Counted from the stretch's first letter, positions 11,389 through 30,247 are shown. The stretch: 64,000 nt of DNA from the human T2T-CHM13v2.0 reference genome, Homo sapiens (GCF_009914755.1 NC_060932.1), one strand, 5' to 3'. Translations and numbers: made by a program. The notes: generated by a model from the sequence alone, not told the origin.

Positions 11389-12531
11389 TATAATTAGTTA
11401 AATTATAACAAGTCTTTAATGATTTAAAAAGTTGCTATTCAATTAATTGGCCTGCAATAATTAATTGTGGCAGGAAATAAGAAGGATTAGATTTGGGATG
11501 AAATAGGCTTCCCCAGGTCTGGGGCCTATAACCTAACTAGAAGAAAACTCCTACCAGCTAACCAGCATCTACCATCTTTCTCCTTGGAGCTCAAGGATAG
11601 AGAGGAGAATTGCTGTCATTGAACCGCCAGTGACAACTTCTGGCCATGACCTTTGCATATTGCATATGCAATGTTATGTGGTTCACAAACTCATGGCTCT
11701 ATACCATGGAAATCAGGGTGAGGCTGGGGAGTTTTTCCAGCCTGGTAAAGACAGGCCACGTATTCCAGGGTCCTTTGATGCAAGCATCCCTCTTTACTTT
11801 CTTGAGCAAGAAGGGGAAGTCAGAATTGATTATAGATTCAAATGTGTACTATCATTGAATGTCAGAGCTTGCAAGAGACCTAATGATTGTTTAATTACCT
11901 CATTCTAGAAGTGAAGAAAGTGATGTCCTGAAAACTACTTCATTCCTTGGAGCCCAGGTGATAGTCCCAGGACTGGGAGAGAGGTCTCTTGTTTTCAGTC
12001 CCACTGCAGTCCTCTATCAGTAAAGCCATGTGATTTATGTAGCATTATATAACTCTAGAATGTGCTTTTAAATTCTAGATTCTACATTTTAGAATGTTTA
12101 GAGTATATTATTCTATTAATAAAACCTTGCCCCAACACTGTCTGATACAGGCATTATTTACTTTTTGTAAATAAGGAAACCGAGATTTAGTGATATTTAC
12201 TTAGCCAATTCCTAAGGTCTTGCTATTTAGTAAGTATGTAAACTAGGATTTGAACTAATATTTCCTAATCTAGTATCGTATTTCTTCCAATAGTCAATTA
12301 TGTGGCTCAGTTACACTGCCAGAGATATGTAGTAAACATAAGGGTACAATTTAATTTTGCAGGCAAAATATGTTACATCCCATTAAACTCCATATTTTCT
12401 ATGGTGTAGGTCATGTGCTAAATGCTTGGTATGGACGATTTTGTTAATTCTAAGATGACTCTATTAAGTAGGTGTTACTCTTATTCTTATTTTGCAAATG
12501 AAATATATAAAGGTAAAAGTAAATTGTAAAA

Positions 12532-12883
12532 TGATATGGTTTGGCTGTGTCTCCACCCAAATCTCATCTTGAATTGTACTCCCATAATTCCCACATGTTG
12601 TGGGAGGGACCTGGAGGGAGATAATTGAATTGTTGGGGTGGTTTCCCCCATACTGTTCTCATTGCAGTGAATAAGTCTCACAAGATTTATAAGGGTTTTC
12701 CCCTTTTGCTTGGTTCTCATTCTCTCTTGCCTGCTGCCATGTAAGACATGCCTTTCACCATCTGCCATGATTGTGAGGCCTCCCCAGCCATGTGCAACTG
12801 TGAGTCCATTAAACCTCTTTTTCTTAATAAATTACCCAGTCTCAGGTATGTCTTTATTAGCAGGGTGAGAACAGACTAATACA
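12532..12883 (+). mobile_element. THE1 solo LTR
   Basis: tgatatggtttggctgtgtc...ccaaatctcatcttgaattgta ... cagactaataca. Confidence 0.92.
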
Positions 12884-13290
12884 TAAAGCAACCTACTAAT
12901 GAAAAGCCAGAGGCAGGGCCTGAACCCCGGGGATATGTGACTAGAGAGCTTTTTCTATCACTCTAATATATACTGATTTGCTTTTGATATTAATTATTTT
13001 TTCTCATTTTATCTCCAAATAATGTATTCTTGCAAAAAAGTTCTGAATGCCTGTTTTTTTTTTTTTCAGTGTACTCTTTGGAGCCATTTATAAAATGGAC
13101 TGTTGATCTGTCTTTATGAATGTGCCCTAAATTGCTGACATTCTGTCTATCATTTTTTAAAACACAAGAAATGTCTTCAAATATCCCTGGGACAAAAGCC
13201 AACTGTGATAGTATGAATGACATGCTTTTCTAAGATTAGAAATTAGAGCAGTGAGATGACAGTGTAATTTTTCTACTTGATGTAAATCAT

Positions 13291-13649
13291 TGTCTTAGGC
13301 TGTGACAACAAATTACCATGACCAGGTGGCTTGAACAAGAAACATTTATTTCTCATGGTTCTGGAGGTTGGGAAGTCTAAGATCAATATGCTGGCAGATC
13401 TGGTGTCTGGTGAGGACCCACCTTATGGTTTCCAGATTGCCATCTTCTCCTTGTGTCCTTACATAGTGGAAGGGGCCAAGGGAGGTCTCTGGGGTCTCTT
13501 TTATAAGGTCACTATCCTGCTTATGAGGGCTCCACCCTCATGGCCTATGTTCGTCCGAAAGGCCCTACCTGTTAATACCATTCCACTAGGGGTTAGGATT
13601 TCAACATAGGAATTTTGGAGAAGGGAACACAAACACAAAGTCCATAACA
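13291..13649 (-). mobile_element. MLT1A-like MaLR LTR
   Basis: catttatttctcatggttctggaggttgggaagtctaagatcaa ... agtccataaca. Confidence 0.8.
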
Positions 13650-14055
13650 ATCATGAAATACAAGCAAATGAAACTAATGAAAGAGTCATCAATAAAAGCA
13701 TTGGCAGGTGGGACTGATGGACACTTGATTTAGTTGGTTGCAGCTGGTGGTAACCTAGTACCATAGGTACTGCACACAAATACTGTCTTACGTGCAAGTG
13801 CCTGGTCTTAAAGGTGGTTTGTGTTTGTTTTTGAGAATATGCAGATAACCTGCATGGGCTCTGATTCTGAGGGCACTCTGCAGAAAGCACTGAGTGAAGC
13901 CAGCTGGTAGTCCTGGCTCTGCCATTGACTGACTGTGTGACCTGCACAGTCATCTAACCTCAGTGGTCATTGGGCTGTCCTAGGAATCTCTAATGCTCCT
14001 TCTATCCATTTCCACTGAAGGCTCTGAAAGAAAGCTATGCTGCCCATGGCTGTTC

Positions 14056-15480
14056 TTTTTTTTTTTTTCTTATAATCGAGGCAAAATTGACTTAACATAA
14101 AATTCTTATTTTGGCAGGTTTGAAATGCACAATTTAATGGCTTTTACTGCATTCACAGTGTTGTGTAACCATTGCCACTGTTTAATTCCAGAACATTTTC
14201 ATCACCCCTCCAAAAGAAACTTTGTACCATTAAGCAGTCACTTTCCTTTTCCCATTCCCCCCATCCCCTAGCAATCACTAATCTGCATTCTGCTTTTTTT
14301 TTCCTGAGTGGATTTGCCTATTCTGGACATTTCATAGACATGGAACCATACAGTATATGGCCTTTTGTGTCTGCTTTTGTTTTTCACTTAGTATAATGTT
14401 TTCAAGGTTCATCTATGTTGTAACATGTATGAGTGCTTCCTTCCTTTTTAGGGCCAAATAATGTTCCATTGTTTTGTATGTATCCTATTCATTAGTTTTT
14501 CCAATTATTTGATGGACATTTGGGTTGTTTCCACCTTTTGGCTATTAGGAATAATACTGCTATTAACATTTTTTTACAAGTTTTTGTTTAAACATATGTT
14601 TTCAAGGCTGGGCACAGTGGCTCATGCCTGTAATCCCAGCACTTTGGGAGGCCAAGGTGGGCGGATCACTTGAGGTCAGGAGTTTGAGATCAGCCTAGCC
14701 AACATGGTGAAACCCCATCTCTACCGAAAATACAAAAATTAGCCGGGCACGGTGGCACACACCCGTAATCTCAGCTATTCAGGAGGCTGAGGCATGAGAA
14801 TCGCTTGAACCCAGGAGCCGGAGTTTGCAGTGAGCCAAGATCACACCACTGCACTCCAGCCTGGGCAACCGAGTGAGACTCTGTCTCAAAACAAACAAAC
14901 AAACAAACAAACAAACAAACAAATGTTTTCAGTTTTCTTGTGTTCTGCCTAGAAGTAGAATTGCTGGTCATGTAATAATTCTATGTTTAGCTCTTCGAGG
15001 AACTTCCACACTCTTTTCTGTAGAAGCTGTACCATTTTGCGTTGCCACCAGCAACATTTGAAGGTTCCAACTTCTGCACATCCTAGCCAACACTTGTTAT
15101 TTTCCTCATTTTGGTTATAACCATCACGTGGGTGGGAATTGGTATCTCATTGAGGCTTTAATTTGCATTCCCTAATAACTAATAATGTTGAGCATCTTTT
15201 CTCCTGCTTTATGGGCCGTTTGTGTGTCTTCTTTGGAGAAATGTCTGTTCAAAACTTTGTACATTTTTTTTAGCTGGGTTATTTATCATATTGTTAAATT
15301 GTATGAATTCTTTATGTATTCTAGATACTAGGCCCTTATCAGATCTATAGTTTGCAGATATTTTCTCCCATTCTGTGGATTATCTTTTTACTTTTTTGAT
15401 GGTATGCAAAAGTTTTAAGTTTTGATGAAATCCAATTTATCTATTTTTTTCTTTTGTTGCTTATGCTTTTGGTATTATAC
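14056..15480 (-). mobile_element. L1MB-type 3' portion with a nested AluS (14606-14921, +)
   Basis: L1M 3' UTR/ORF2-end motifs; Alu TSD aaaca(t/a)atgttttca. Confidence 0.8.
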
Positions 15481-15889
15481 TATCCCCGGCTGTTCTTAAA
15501 AACTGCTGGATCATCTGAAATCTACTGAAAGAGTTCCAGTACCTAATTTCCTAGAATCATGTAACTAAATCCTTGGGGAGCTTTGAAATTCATTTAGAAT
15601 AGCATTTGTAGTAGCTCAGTATTCTTGAGTGTTTTGTGCACTGAATAAGCCTGATTCTTCTATCTGAAGATCTTGTTCATATGTAAAAAACTCCTTCTTT
15701 GTGTGTGCATATATATGTATGTATACAGACATACATGTATATATATATATTTTTTTTTAAATAATATTTAAAATTTGCTTTCTAATCCAATGATTTGGGA
15801 GTGGCAGGGATGGTGTTGAGGAAGGCAGCAACCAACAAGCTGAGTTTTAAACTAATAAATTTGGGAAAATAAATGAGTTCAATTAAAAA

Positions 15890-16860
<971 letters not shown>

Positions 16861-17098
16861 TCTTTTCACAAAAGATTATGTCCTTTGCTGAACAGACATT
16901 CTGATTTCAATTTTTATTTTGTTCTTTTTTAAAGAAATAATAACAAAAGTAAGTACCATGTTTATTGTAGATGACATTGGTAAACAAATTTTTAAAAAGA
17001 AAAAAATCATCCATAATCTTACTGCGTAAAAATAACCATGGATAGTATTTTGTTGCATTATATTTTCCAGGCTTTAAATTCCCATTAAAAATGAATGA

Positions 17099-17447
<349 letters not shown>

Positions 17448-17825
17448 TCAATATTCCTGACATCACTAGATATTATAGTTGTTGGAGCTATTTCCCAAGT
17501 TTATAGGTGGCAAATAGTATCCTATTGTTTGACGGTTTTCCTATCTGTGTTCATATTTCAGACTGTGATTTGTAAAAATTACATGTTAAAATGTATTCAT
17601 TTTAATGTCATCTGCTACATATTTTTTCTTAGTTTTCCTCTAATTTTTAAACGGCTTTGATCTCTTGACATGCAAATTTAAAATTTACAAATTAAGTTGA
17701 TCCATTTTTTCTGACGTATTTTTTGCCTTTGTAGTCATTCTGACTTTAAGATTATATAATTATTTACCTGTGCTTTCTCCTAAAATCTTTTTGAATTTCA
17801 TGAGTTTTTGAAATTGTTGGGTTGT

Positions 17826-18113
17826 TTTTGAGACAGGGTTTTACTCTGTCACCCAGGCTGGAGTGCGGTGGCATCATCATAAGTTCACTGCAGCCTCGAC
17901 CTCCTAGGCTCAAGCGATCCTCCCATCTCAGCCTGCTGAGTAGTTGGGACTACAGGCACATGCCACCATGGCTGGCTAACTTTTAAATGTTTTTGTAGAG
18001 ATGGGATCTCACTATGTTGCCCAGGCTGGTCATGAACTCCAGGGCTCAAGAAATCCTCTTGCCTTTGTCTCCCAAAGTACTGGGATTACAGGCATTAGTC
18101 ATCATGCTCAGCC
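17826..18113 (-). mobile_element. AluJ-like
   Basis: Antisense Alu dimer. Confidence 0.88.
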
Positions 18114-18659
18114 TGAATTTCATTTTTATCTACATTTTAATCTGATAATTAAGTTTTGTCTTTAACTTGAAGTAACATGTAAGTTAATTTTTCAAGTAGA
18201 CAGTTTTTCCAATGGCATTTATTGAACAATTGATGTTTTTACCACTTATATTTTAATATGCTGAACCTCTTATATACACCAGGATCAGTTTTTTAGCTCT
18301 CTATTCTGTTTCATTGATCCAGTTTACTAAATCCACGGTGGTTCAATACTGCTTTAGTTACTGTAGCTCTTTAATATCTTTAGTTTTCGTTTTCCCCGTC
18401 ACTCAAATGTGCTTTCCATTGCAGATATTTTTAGTTACAGAAACCTGATATGATTTTTTAACCAGAATTATATTAAATTTATATATTGAGTTATTTTAAG
18501 ACACATGTATTTTTAAAATAGTCTTTCTATTTAAGTTTATATTATGTCTTACCTCTTATTCAGATATTTCGTTTTATTTCTGTGACATTTCTTGTTAGAT
18601 TTATTTCTAGATGTTTTGTTACTATAGTGAACGGGAAATTTCCCTGTTATATTTGGTAG

Positions 18660-19020
<361 letters not shown>

Positions 19021-20396
19021 TGAACTCACTCTTGGTTCTAATAGTTTTCCATTGATTCTTTTTAGACAGTTTTATTATCTGTGGCTAATAATAGTCTTGT
19101 GCGTTTTTTGCCAAAGGCTTTATTCATTATTTCTCTTCCTTGTCTGATTACATTGACTATAACTTCTAGAACCATGGTGATAATATTAGGGTTCCCTGTT
19201 TGATTTCTGACTGATGAAAAGGCCTCTTTTGTCATTGTTTGAAAGCGATGCTCTCTATCATGTTAAAGAATCATCTTTTAATTGCTACTTGAGCATATTG
19301 TCAATGTCCTTCAGTGAGTGACTACCAGGAACACAACTGTAGTCGATCCAGTTGGGTTTGTGCCTTGTTGCAGTGACCCCCATTGGTGTGTTCCACGGGG
19401 GATCCATGGGGCGCCTCTGTCCAAGGGTATGAGAAGGATCTGGGCTTTGGTTGGTTGATTTTGGAGGCCCAAGGAAGTGAGGGTGTCCTCTGGGTTGGGT
19501 GATATCAGAAAGTGGGGACAATCCTATGACTGGGCATCTCAGTGCATCTTCTGCAGAGCAGGGCAGATGAGACTGAGGCTAATGCTGTAGTTGACAAAGA
19601 AGCAGTGATCACTCCTATTAGTTAGAATGGGGGAGTTTGGCATTTTGTGGCTTGAGCCAATATTCAGATTTTATTAAATATGACTGGGGAGTGGGCTAGT
19701 TTTGTCTTGGTCCATCCTGGACAAGAGTGGCCTGGCTGCTGCTGACGGTCCCTGAAATCATTTCTGTTCAACAGGAGAATGCCCAACCCTGCTGTGACTG
19801 GCAGGTCAGCTCTTGGTGACTCTTTTTGTTTCTCAATATGCTGTTAAAATCAGGGATTGATGTGATAAGTTATATTCTCTGGTATTTTATTTTTGTTTTA
19901 GAGATATCTTCCTACCCTTCATTGAAGATGCTAAATAATTTCCTGAAAATTTTTTTAAGGATGATCTGTCCTATCCCTTGTGGTGTAGTAATTTTTTGTA
20001 AGCTTATTTTTTTCCTTTGTATTTATCTTCAATTCAGGTGAAATCCCTTTGGAATCCATGTTTTTGGCAGAAAAGTGTGTAAATTGTCTTTGGCCTCACT
20101 CTGATAACATACATTGGTCATTTCAAGCACCAGGTCCTTGTCCAATTCTTATTTTCTGGTGCAGAGATTTCTGGTTTGGGTTTTTACACGCACATTTCAA
20201 AAATGAATTGGGGGGGCTGTTGCCAACTTTTTATGTTGCCAAATAAAGACATTAAAAAATTATCACAGTATTATTTCATAAAATAAACAACATCTTAGCA
20301 CTGAAATCATAAAGGGAAATTAATCCCAGAATTAAAAAAATATGTATAATTTGGGCCTTATAAAAAACTGAATGTATGGTTCTTATTTGTTTATCC

Positions 20397-20689
20397 TTTT
20401 TTTTTTTTTTTTTAGATGGAGTCTTGCTCTGTCACCCAGGCTGGAGTATAGTGGCGGGATCTGGACTCACTGCAACCTCTGCTTCCCAGACTCAAGCAAT
20501 TCTCTTGCCTCAGACTCCTGAGTAGCTGGGATTACAGGCACGCGACACAGCACAGAGCTAATTTTTGTATTTTTTAGTAGAGACGAGGTTTCACCATGTT
20601 GGCCAGCCTTGTATTGAACTCCTGGCCTCAAGTGATTCTCCTCGACCTCCCAAAGTGCTGAGATTACAGGCATAAGCCTCCATGCCCAG
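20397..20689 (-). mobile_element. Alu
   Basis: Antisense Alu dimer with poly(T). Confidence 0.9.
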
Positions 20690-20829
20690 TGTCTCATTTT
20701 GACCCAGATTTGTGAACACTGCCTCACGCAACCTGGCATCAGCTGCTAGAACAGCACTGGTGAGGTGGCACCTCTGCCTCTCCTTGTCTGCCCCTAATCC
20801 CACTTCCTGCACGGTCCCTTTCCAGGAGT

Positions 20830-21770
<941 letters not shown>

Positions 21771-21825
21771 AATAGTAGGCCTAAGATCGTTATAAGATTC
21801 TGGCCTCATATATATATAAATTTAA

Positions 21826-21826
<1 letters not shown>

Positions 21827-21868
<42 letters not shown>

Positions 21869-21925
21869 ATCTATCTATCTATCTATCTATCATCTATCTA
21901 TCTATCTATCATCTATCTATCTATA
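21827..21925. repeat. (TCTA)n microsatellite at the tail of an antisense AluJ (21935-22202)
   Basis: Direct reading. Confidence 0.9.
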
Positions 21926-22079
21926 TATATATTTAGAGACAGGATCTCTCTCTGTCTCCCAGGCTGCAGTGCAGTGATGTGATCATAGCTCATTGCAGCC
22001 TTGAACTCCTGGGCTCATGTGATTTTCTTGAGTAGCTGGGACTATAGGTGTGTACCACCACACCTGGCTCATTTTTTAA

Positions 22080-22307
<228 letters not shown>

Positions 22308-22414
22308 TAACCGTAATTTTTTTTTTTTTTTTTTTACAAATGAATTATATTTCTGACAGGACATATGATTGTGCCAAAGCTGGTGGTGAAGATGGCTGGA
22401 AAAGAATTAACTGG

Positions 22415-22774
<360 letters not shown>

Positions 22775-24949
22775 CTACAACTCTGTTCACTAAATCTCCT
22801 CCAATTTCAGTGACGTGACAGAATTAGCAAAGCAGGATTTCCAAGTAGGGTCAGCTTTACCTTCCTCCCATGAGATCACCCTGTGACGCTGAGCACTGTA
22901 GTCACTGTGTTGTCTTGGCTGTCTTAGCTTCATCACAGCACACCAGCAAATGTATATCTTTGACATATGATTTCTTGTGATAACATTCAATTGGTCCATG
23001 GCATTTCCGTCACATCTTAATTGGATGTGGACTTTGAAATTGTCATGGAGCATTCAGGAATTAAGCCTGCATGAAGTTATCCAGGCTTAGAACCATAGAG
23101 AGAAATGTGCAGACATTCTACAAATTCCTCAATTTCCAATAGGACTCTGGACTGTTTTTAGGACCCTTTAAAAAATTTAACATGATCACCAGTCATTTCT
23201 TTGTCCTTCCTTCTGGCCATTTAGTTACGTAAGATGTACTTCTGTGAGGAAACCGTTCCGATGCTGTTTTTCAAACTTCATTCTTGAGATTTCCTGGAAA
23301 GTCACTGGAGAATGTGGTGTGCAGAAGATTAGGATGAGTTTCACCAGTTATAGTGAGCTCTTATGGTATACCAGATGGTGGCTTTAGCAAATCACCTATT
23401 TCTTTTAGATCTGCTACCTCCTTTGCAAAGTGGGTATCATGACCAGTTCCTTATATGCTAGGTCTTGACAGGGAGGTCTTGCTACTGAATGACTTCCCAG
23501 TTAGGTGTGGTGGCTCAGGCCTGTAGTCCCAGCTACACAGGAGGCTGAGGTGCGAGGACGGTTTGAGCCGAGGAGTTTGAGGCTGCAATGAGCCCTGATT
23601 GTGTCACTGCACTCCAGCCTGGGTGACAGAGCAAGACCTCGTCTCAAAGAAAAAAAAAAAAAAAAGGTGATGAGGGAGCTCAGCTGCTATGACCTAAGCA
23701 CCTCTCCAAAACCCCCACCTCTTAACATTATTGCATTGGGGATTAGGTTTTCAATACATGAATTTTGGGGGACACATTCAGACCATAGCAAGGACAGAAA
23801 ACAAAATAAGGAAACAGCAGAGGAAATTGAGGAGGCCCACAACGGAGGTCTGAAGAGAACACAGGGGCATTAATCCCTGTGGAAGGGCAGCTCGGGGGCT
23901 CATGGAAGTTCCCACAGGCCCAGCAGTAACACTCCTGGGTATGCAGAGATCACCTCTCAACCTCTGCAACCAGCTGGAAGTGAGCTCAGAAGAGATTTTA
24001 GGGCTGGAGATAGAGATAGGGTGCCATTGGCAAGGAGGTGGTGTCTGAACCCATGAGGTGGATGAGATCAGTCAGGGAGAATGTGCGAGGTGGTAGAAAG
24101 AACATGGATGTTGGAGCCATCTAGAGCTGGGATGAATCATTTATTCTGGGCCTTAGATGTAACTGATCTGGGCTCCAGTGCCACATAAGACAAATAGACA
24201 GAACCTCTGTTCCACAGCATTGTTCACACTGGCCCAGAGGACTGGTGAAAGTACAGGGCCTGGTATTAGCAGGTGCTTAATAAAGGGCGATTTTATGTTA
24301 ATGAATATTTAAAAGTCAAGCCAGGGAAGAGAGACAACAGCATTTCAAGAGGTACATGATGGTCAGCAGTATTAAAGGCAGAAAAAAAATGAAGTAGGAT
24401 GAAACCTGAAAGGACACCACTGGTTGGGCTTAGGTGCCGGTCTTGGTGGGAGCAGGCTTGATGGCGGGTGAGTGGCAGCTGCCATGTGCTGTGAGGTTGG
24501 GAGAGTGGTGGGTACTTGGGGAAACTCATCTTGGTGTCCTTTGGGAAGACAGGTGGTTTGCCAGGGATATGGGCACAGGGAGGGCACTTGTGCCTTTTGA
24601 AGGTCTTTTGCTTTTGGTAAGATGTGGAAGCCATGATCATGTTTGTGTAGAGAGAGGAAGGCCCCAGAAGGGAGAGCAGGACTGATAGAGATAGGAGGCA
24701 GGTGTGGTTCCCTGACAGGAAAGGAGGGATTGGCTTCAAGTACAGAGGAGGACACAGTTGCTGGAGGATGATCAGGGCTTTCTCTTGTGGCAGGGAACTT
24801 CTGTGAACCCAGGGATGAGGTCAGAGTTGGATTTGAGGGACTTTATGTCTGGTGGAGTTAATTTTTAGGTAAAAGAAGAGGGGCAGAGTTTCTTCCAAGG
24901 GCAAGTGGTAGCAGGGTCTACTTCAGGAGAGGAATGAACTTTGGTACAA

Positions 24950-26200
24950 GTATTTACTATTGAAATATTTTTCACATACCATAAAATTTGCCCCTTTAAA
25001 GTGTATAATTCAGTGGCTTTTAGGATATTCACAAGATGTGCACCCATTATCATTGTCCACTTTCAGAACATTTGCATCATCCCCAAAAGAAACCCAGTAA
25101 ACAGTCGCTATCCATTTCTTCCACCCCTAGCCCCTGACAACCATTGATCTGCTTTCTATCTGTATGGATTTGCCTATTTTCACATTTTATATACATGGAA
25201 ACATATACTATGTGGTCTTTTGTGACTGGCTTCTTTCTCTCAGCACAATGTTTTCCAGTTTCATTGGTGTTATAACATGTATCAGTACTTTGTTCCTTTT
25301 CGTGGTGAATGAAATTCCATTGTATGGATATAATACCTGTTTTTAAATTCATTCATCAGTTGACAGGTAGTTGGGTTGTTTCCACTTTTTAGCTATTATG
25401 AATAATGCTGCTATGAATATTCATGGTAGAATCTGTGTGAACATATGTTTCCATTTCTCTTAGTTATGTATCAAGGAGTAAAATTCCTGGGTTATTTGGT
25501 ATCCCTAATTTTTTGAGGAACTGCCAAACTGTTTCCCAAAGTGGCTGCACTACTTTACATTCCCATCAGCAGTGTATGAGGGTTAGTGTATGAGGTTTCC
25601 AACTTCGCCGCATCCTTGTCTACACTTGTTATTGTCTGTCTTTTTGATTCCAGCCATCCTACTGGGTATGAGTCAGTATCTCTTGTGGCTTTGGTTTGTA
25701 TTTCCCTGATGACTTGATGCCATTGAGCATCTTTTCATGTGCTTATGTCATTTGTATCTCTTTGGAGAACTGTCTATTAAAATTCTTTGCCCATTCTTAA
25801 GTTGGAATATTTGCCATTTTGTTGTTGAGCTGTAAGAGTTCTTTATATATTCTGGATACTACATCCTTAATATATATTATTTTTTTCTCCTGCTCTGTGG
25901 ATTGTTTTTCACTTTCCTGATAGTGTCCTTGACGTATGAATGCTTTTAATTTTGACAAAGTGTAACTTATCTATCTTTTCTTTTGTTGCTTGTACTTTTG
26001 GTATCCTATTTAAGAGCGTATTTCCTATTCCAAGGTCACAAAGACTTACCCCTGTGTTTTCTCCTGGATGTTTCATAGTTTTTGCTTTTACCTGTAGATT
26101 TTGGATCCATTTTGAGTTAATTTTTCTATGTGGTATGAGACAGGGGTCTAACTTCATTATTTTGCCTGTGGATGTCCAGTTGTCCCAGCTCCATTTATTG
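24950..26200 (-). mobile_element. L1MB-type 3' portion
   Basis: Minus-frame ORF2 C-terminal remnant (NKWSWDNWTS...KLDP...KINSKWI). Confidence 0.85.
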
Positions 26201-26771
26201 ATTAGCAAAAGCATTTTAGGAGATGGCAAGAAACTAGAGACAAAACATTGCCACACAGCATTAGAGAAACCACTGGTGCCAAAAAGGCTGCATCGGGAGT
26301 GAAGTCAATGACCACAGCTGTCAAATGTTCTCAGGTGAAGAGGTTGAGAGGACTCCTGGAGATCCCAGATGGAGAAAAGATGGTAGAAGAATTGAGGCTT
26401 GCAAGAAGTGACGTGCTGCTGCGGTGGCAGGGACTGATGGGGGAACCCAGTGACAGCCTAGTGACAAGAGGGTCTTAATTAATGCAACTGAAAAGCAGGT
26501 CTGGTGAGAATGAGTAACAGTGTGGGAGGAGAGGAATGGAAGAGCTTAGGAGTTAGGAATTGGGAAGAAGCTGGGAAGTCCATGGGCTTTGAAGGTCCAA
26601 GGAATGAAATGGTAGTGGGCTGTTAAGGATATTGAAGATCTTAGGAACAGAGGAGTTCAATGAGCAACAACAAGACTGGTTATTGGAATTATTAGTGACA
26701 ACTAGTGGATGAATCCTTCCTAGATACCAGACACCGTGCTAAGCCATTTATATGGACTATTTCACTTAATA

Positions 26772-27520
26772 TTTTTTTTATTTTTGAGACTGAGTCTTGT
26801 TCTGTCACTCATGCTGGATTGCAGTAGTGCCATCTTGGCTCCTTGGAGCCTCCATCTCCTAGGCTCAAGTGATCCTCCCACCTTGGCCTCCCAAGTAGCT
26901 GGGACTACAGGGGCATACCACCACACTTGGCTACATTTTGTAGAAATGTTGTCCAGGCTGGTCTCGAACTCCTGGGCTCAAATGATCCACCCCCCTTACC
27001 CTCCCAAAATACTAGGATTGTAGGCATAAGCCACCATGCCCTGCCTCTCATTTACTTCTTACAGGATTTCCAAGATAAAATTGTGAGCTCTGGAGCCAGT
27101 TACCACTGCTAACAGCTGTGTGGCTGTGTGGCCTTGGTCAACTTACTTATTTTTTCTATGTAGGGTTGCCACTTTTATCAAATGAAAATATAGGACACAC
27201 TGTATTTTTTTATTTTATTTATTATTATTATTATTATTTAAGACAGGGTCTCATTCTCACCCAGGCTGGAATGCAGTGGCACAATCATAGCTCACTGCAG
27301 CCTTGAACTCCTGGGCTCAAGTTATCCTCCTGCCTTAACCTCCTAAGTAGCTAGGACTACAGGCATCGGCCACCATGCCAGGCTAATTTTTATTATTATG
27401 TTTTGTTGAGATGGGGTCTATGTTGTCCAAGCTGGTCTCTAACTCCTGACCTCAAGTAATCTTCCCACCTCAGCCTCCCAAAACACTGGGATTATAGGCA
27501 TGAGCCACCACAACCATCCC
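26772..27520 (-). mobile_element. Two AluJ-like elements (26772-27045, 27210-27520) with an intervening MIR fragment
   Basis: Antisense Alu motifs; MIR-like tgtgtggccttggtcaacttactt. Confidence 0.8.
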
Positions 27521-27607
27521 AAATCTTGTATTTTATCTAGCTACAGCATTTCTATGACTGTTTCCTCATCACTTAAATTAGGGTTAGAACAGTGTCTACA
27601 TCATTAT

Positions 27608-27963
27608 GTGTCTTAGTCCAAGCTGCCATAAAAAATTGTCATAGATTGGGTGGCTTAAACAACAAATATTTATTTCTCACAGTTCTGGAGGATGGCAGTC
27701 TGAGATCAGGGTGCCAGCATGATTGGGTTCTGTTGAAGGACTTCTTCCACATTGCAGACTTTGTACTTCTTTTCTCCTTGTGTGACAGAAGGAGTGTGAA
27801 TTAGCTCTTTGTTCTCTTCTCACAAGGGAACTAACTGCAGTGTGAGGGCCCCACCCTCATGAGCTGATCACCTCTCAAAGGCCCTACCTCCAGATACCAT
27901 CACAATAGGGATTAGATTTGGCCATGTGAATTTTAGGGGAACATGAAAATCCAGTCCATAACA
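27608..27963 (-). mobile_element. MLT1A-like LTR
   Basis: tgtgtcttagtccaagctgccataaaaaattgtcatagattgggtggcttaaacaac ... cagtccataaca. Confidence 0.82.
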
Positions 27964-28444
27964 TGAGGATTGTTTAGGGGATTTAAATATGTCATACATA
28001 TAAAGTTTTGGAGCACGGGCTGGCACATAAGAAAAACCCAACTAGAGATTTTCCATAGAGGTCATACTCTGATGTTTCATGACCTTTTTCTGCTCTCATT
28101 TGAAACTTGAATTCATTTCACGGAACGTAAGTACAGAGATTGCAGTGGAAACAATAAACAGAAAAGCATGCTATGTTTGGGCCCATTTATACAAAACAGA
28201 CTGATATATATATATATATATATTTTTTTTTTCAGTGTAGGGAGCATGTGCAACAGTGTTATGAACTGGGATGCAAACTAATTATTATCTACTTAGATGA
28301 GCTGGTCAAGATGATATTGTTAATTTGCTGACATTGCTTTGAAATGAACGTGCCAGGACATAGTGCAGTATATTCTGTGGCAACAACAGAAACTCATGTT
28401 AACAAACAGTGGCATTGTCCTTGTAAAGTATTGTTACAAATTAA

Positions 28445-28948
<504 letters not shown>

Positions 28949-28951
28949 TCA

Positions 28952-29292
<341 letters not shown>

Positions 29293-30064
29293 AGTAAATT
29301 ATTAGGTGGGCATGACATGAATAGTGAATTTATGAAAGGGAATAAATTGTGTTTGAATGAAGAGGAATCTGTAAGTAAGTCTTAAGGAAGCATACCAGAG
29401 ACAAAAGAGAGACATTTGCAAATTATAGAGAAATAATGAAGGGCAAGATTCTGAATTGCAGCTGTATTGATGGGAAAGGCAGTGAGAGAATGGTGAGGGT
29501 GATGCAAATGAGCTACATCTTGACTCGGCCACCAGAGGGACTCTATTTGGGAATAGGTGAGAAAATGTCTACTGAATCTGACACTTCCTTCCCAACTGAC
29601 AAGTATATAAATGGAGGTTATGGTAAATAATACGGATTTTTTTTTTAAGTAGAAAGCCTTAAAAATTTGATTTTCTGATGAGTGACTTAAATAGATTAGT
29701 TTATGGCTAAATTAATGTCAAAGGGCTATTAGGAAGTATAGGTAATTCCTACAGAGTTGGTTAGGTAATATTATTACTGCCATTATCATTATTACTGCCT
29801 AAATATTTGGGTAATGAAATCAAAGTCAAATGTTCTGGGAGAAGCTGAGGAATGGCTTTGACCCTCCACGTTCCTATTTAGTGGAGCCTATTCTGGGCAG
29901 GCTGCCTTCGCTTGCTGCAAAATCAAGACAAGTTCAGGAGCTGCAGGATGATTCAGCATGGGGTCCCAAACTCCAGTCATTTGCTAGTTTTTGTCATATC
30001 TACCTATAACGTTTGCTATTATTTATCCAATATTGTGTAGAAAAAAATTGCTTGTGCTTTTAAA

Positions 30065-30201
30065 GCTTTTTAAAAACTATCTTTTGGAGAAATTTAAAAT
30101 ATAAAGAAAAGTTACAAAAATGATGCAGAATTTTTGTAGACCTTTCACCTAGTTTCCTGCATTGTTGGCATTTTACTGCATTGACCTTACTATCATTCTC
30201 T

Positions 30202-30247
<46 letters not shown>

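Noticed and set aside
19300-19810. LTR-looking segment
   Set aside because: Could not define termini, TSD or family from the sequence
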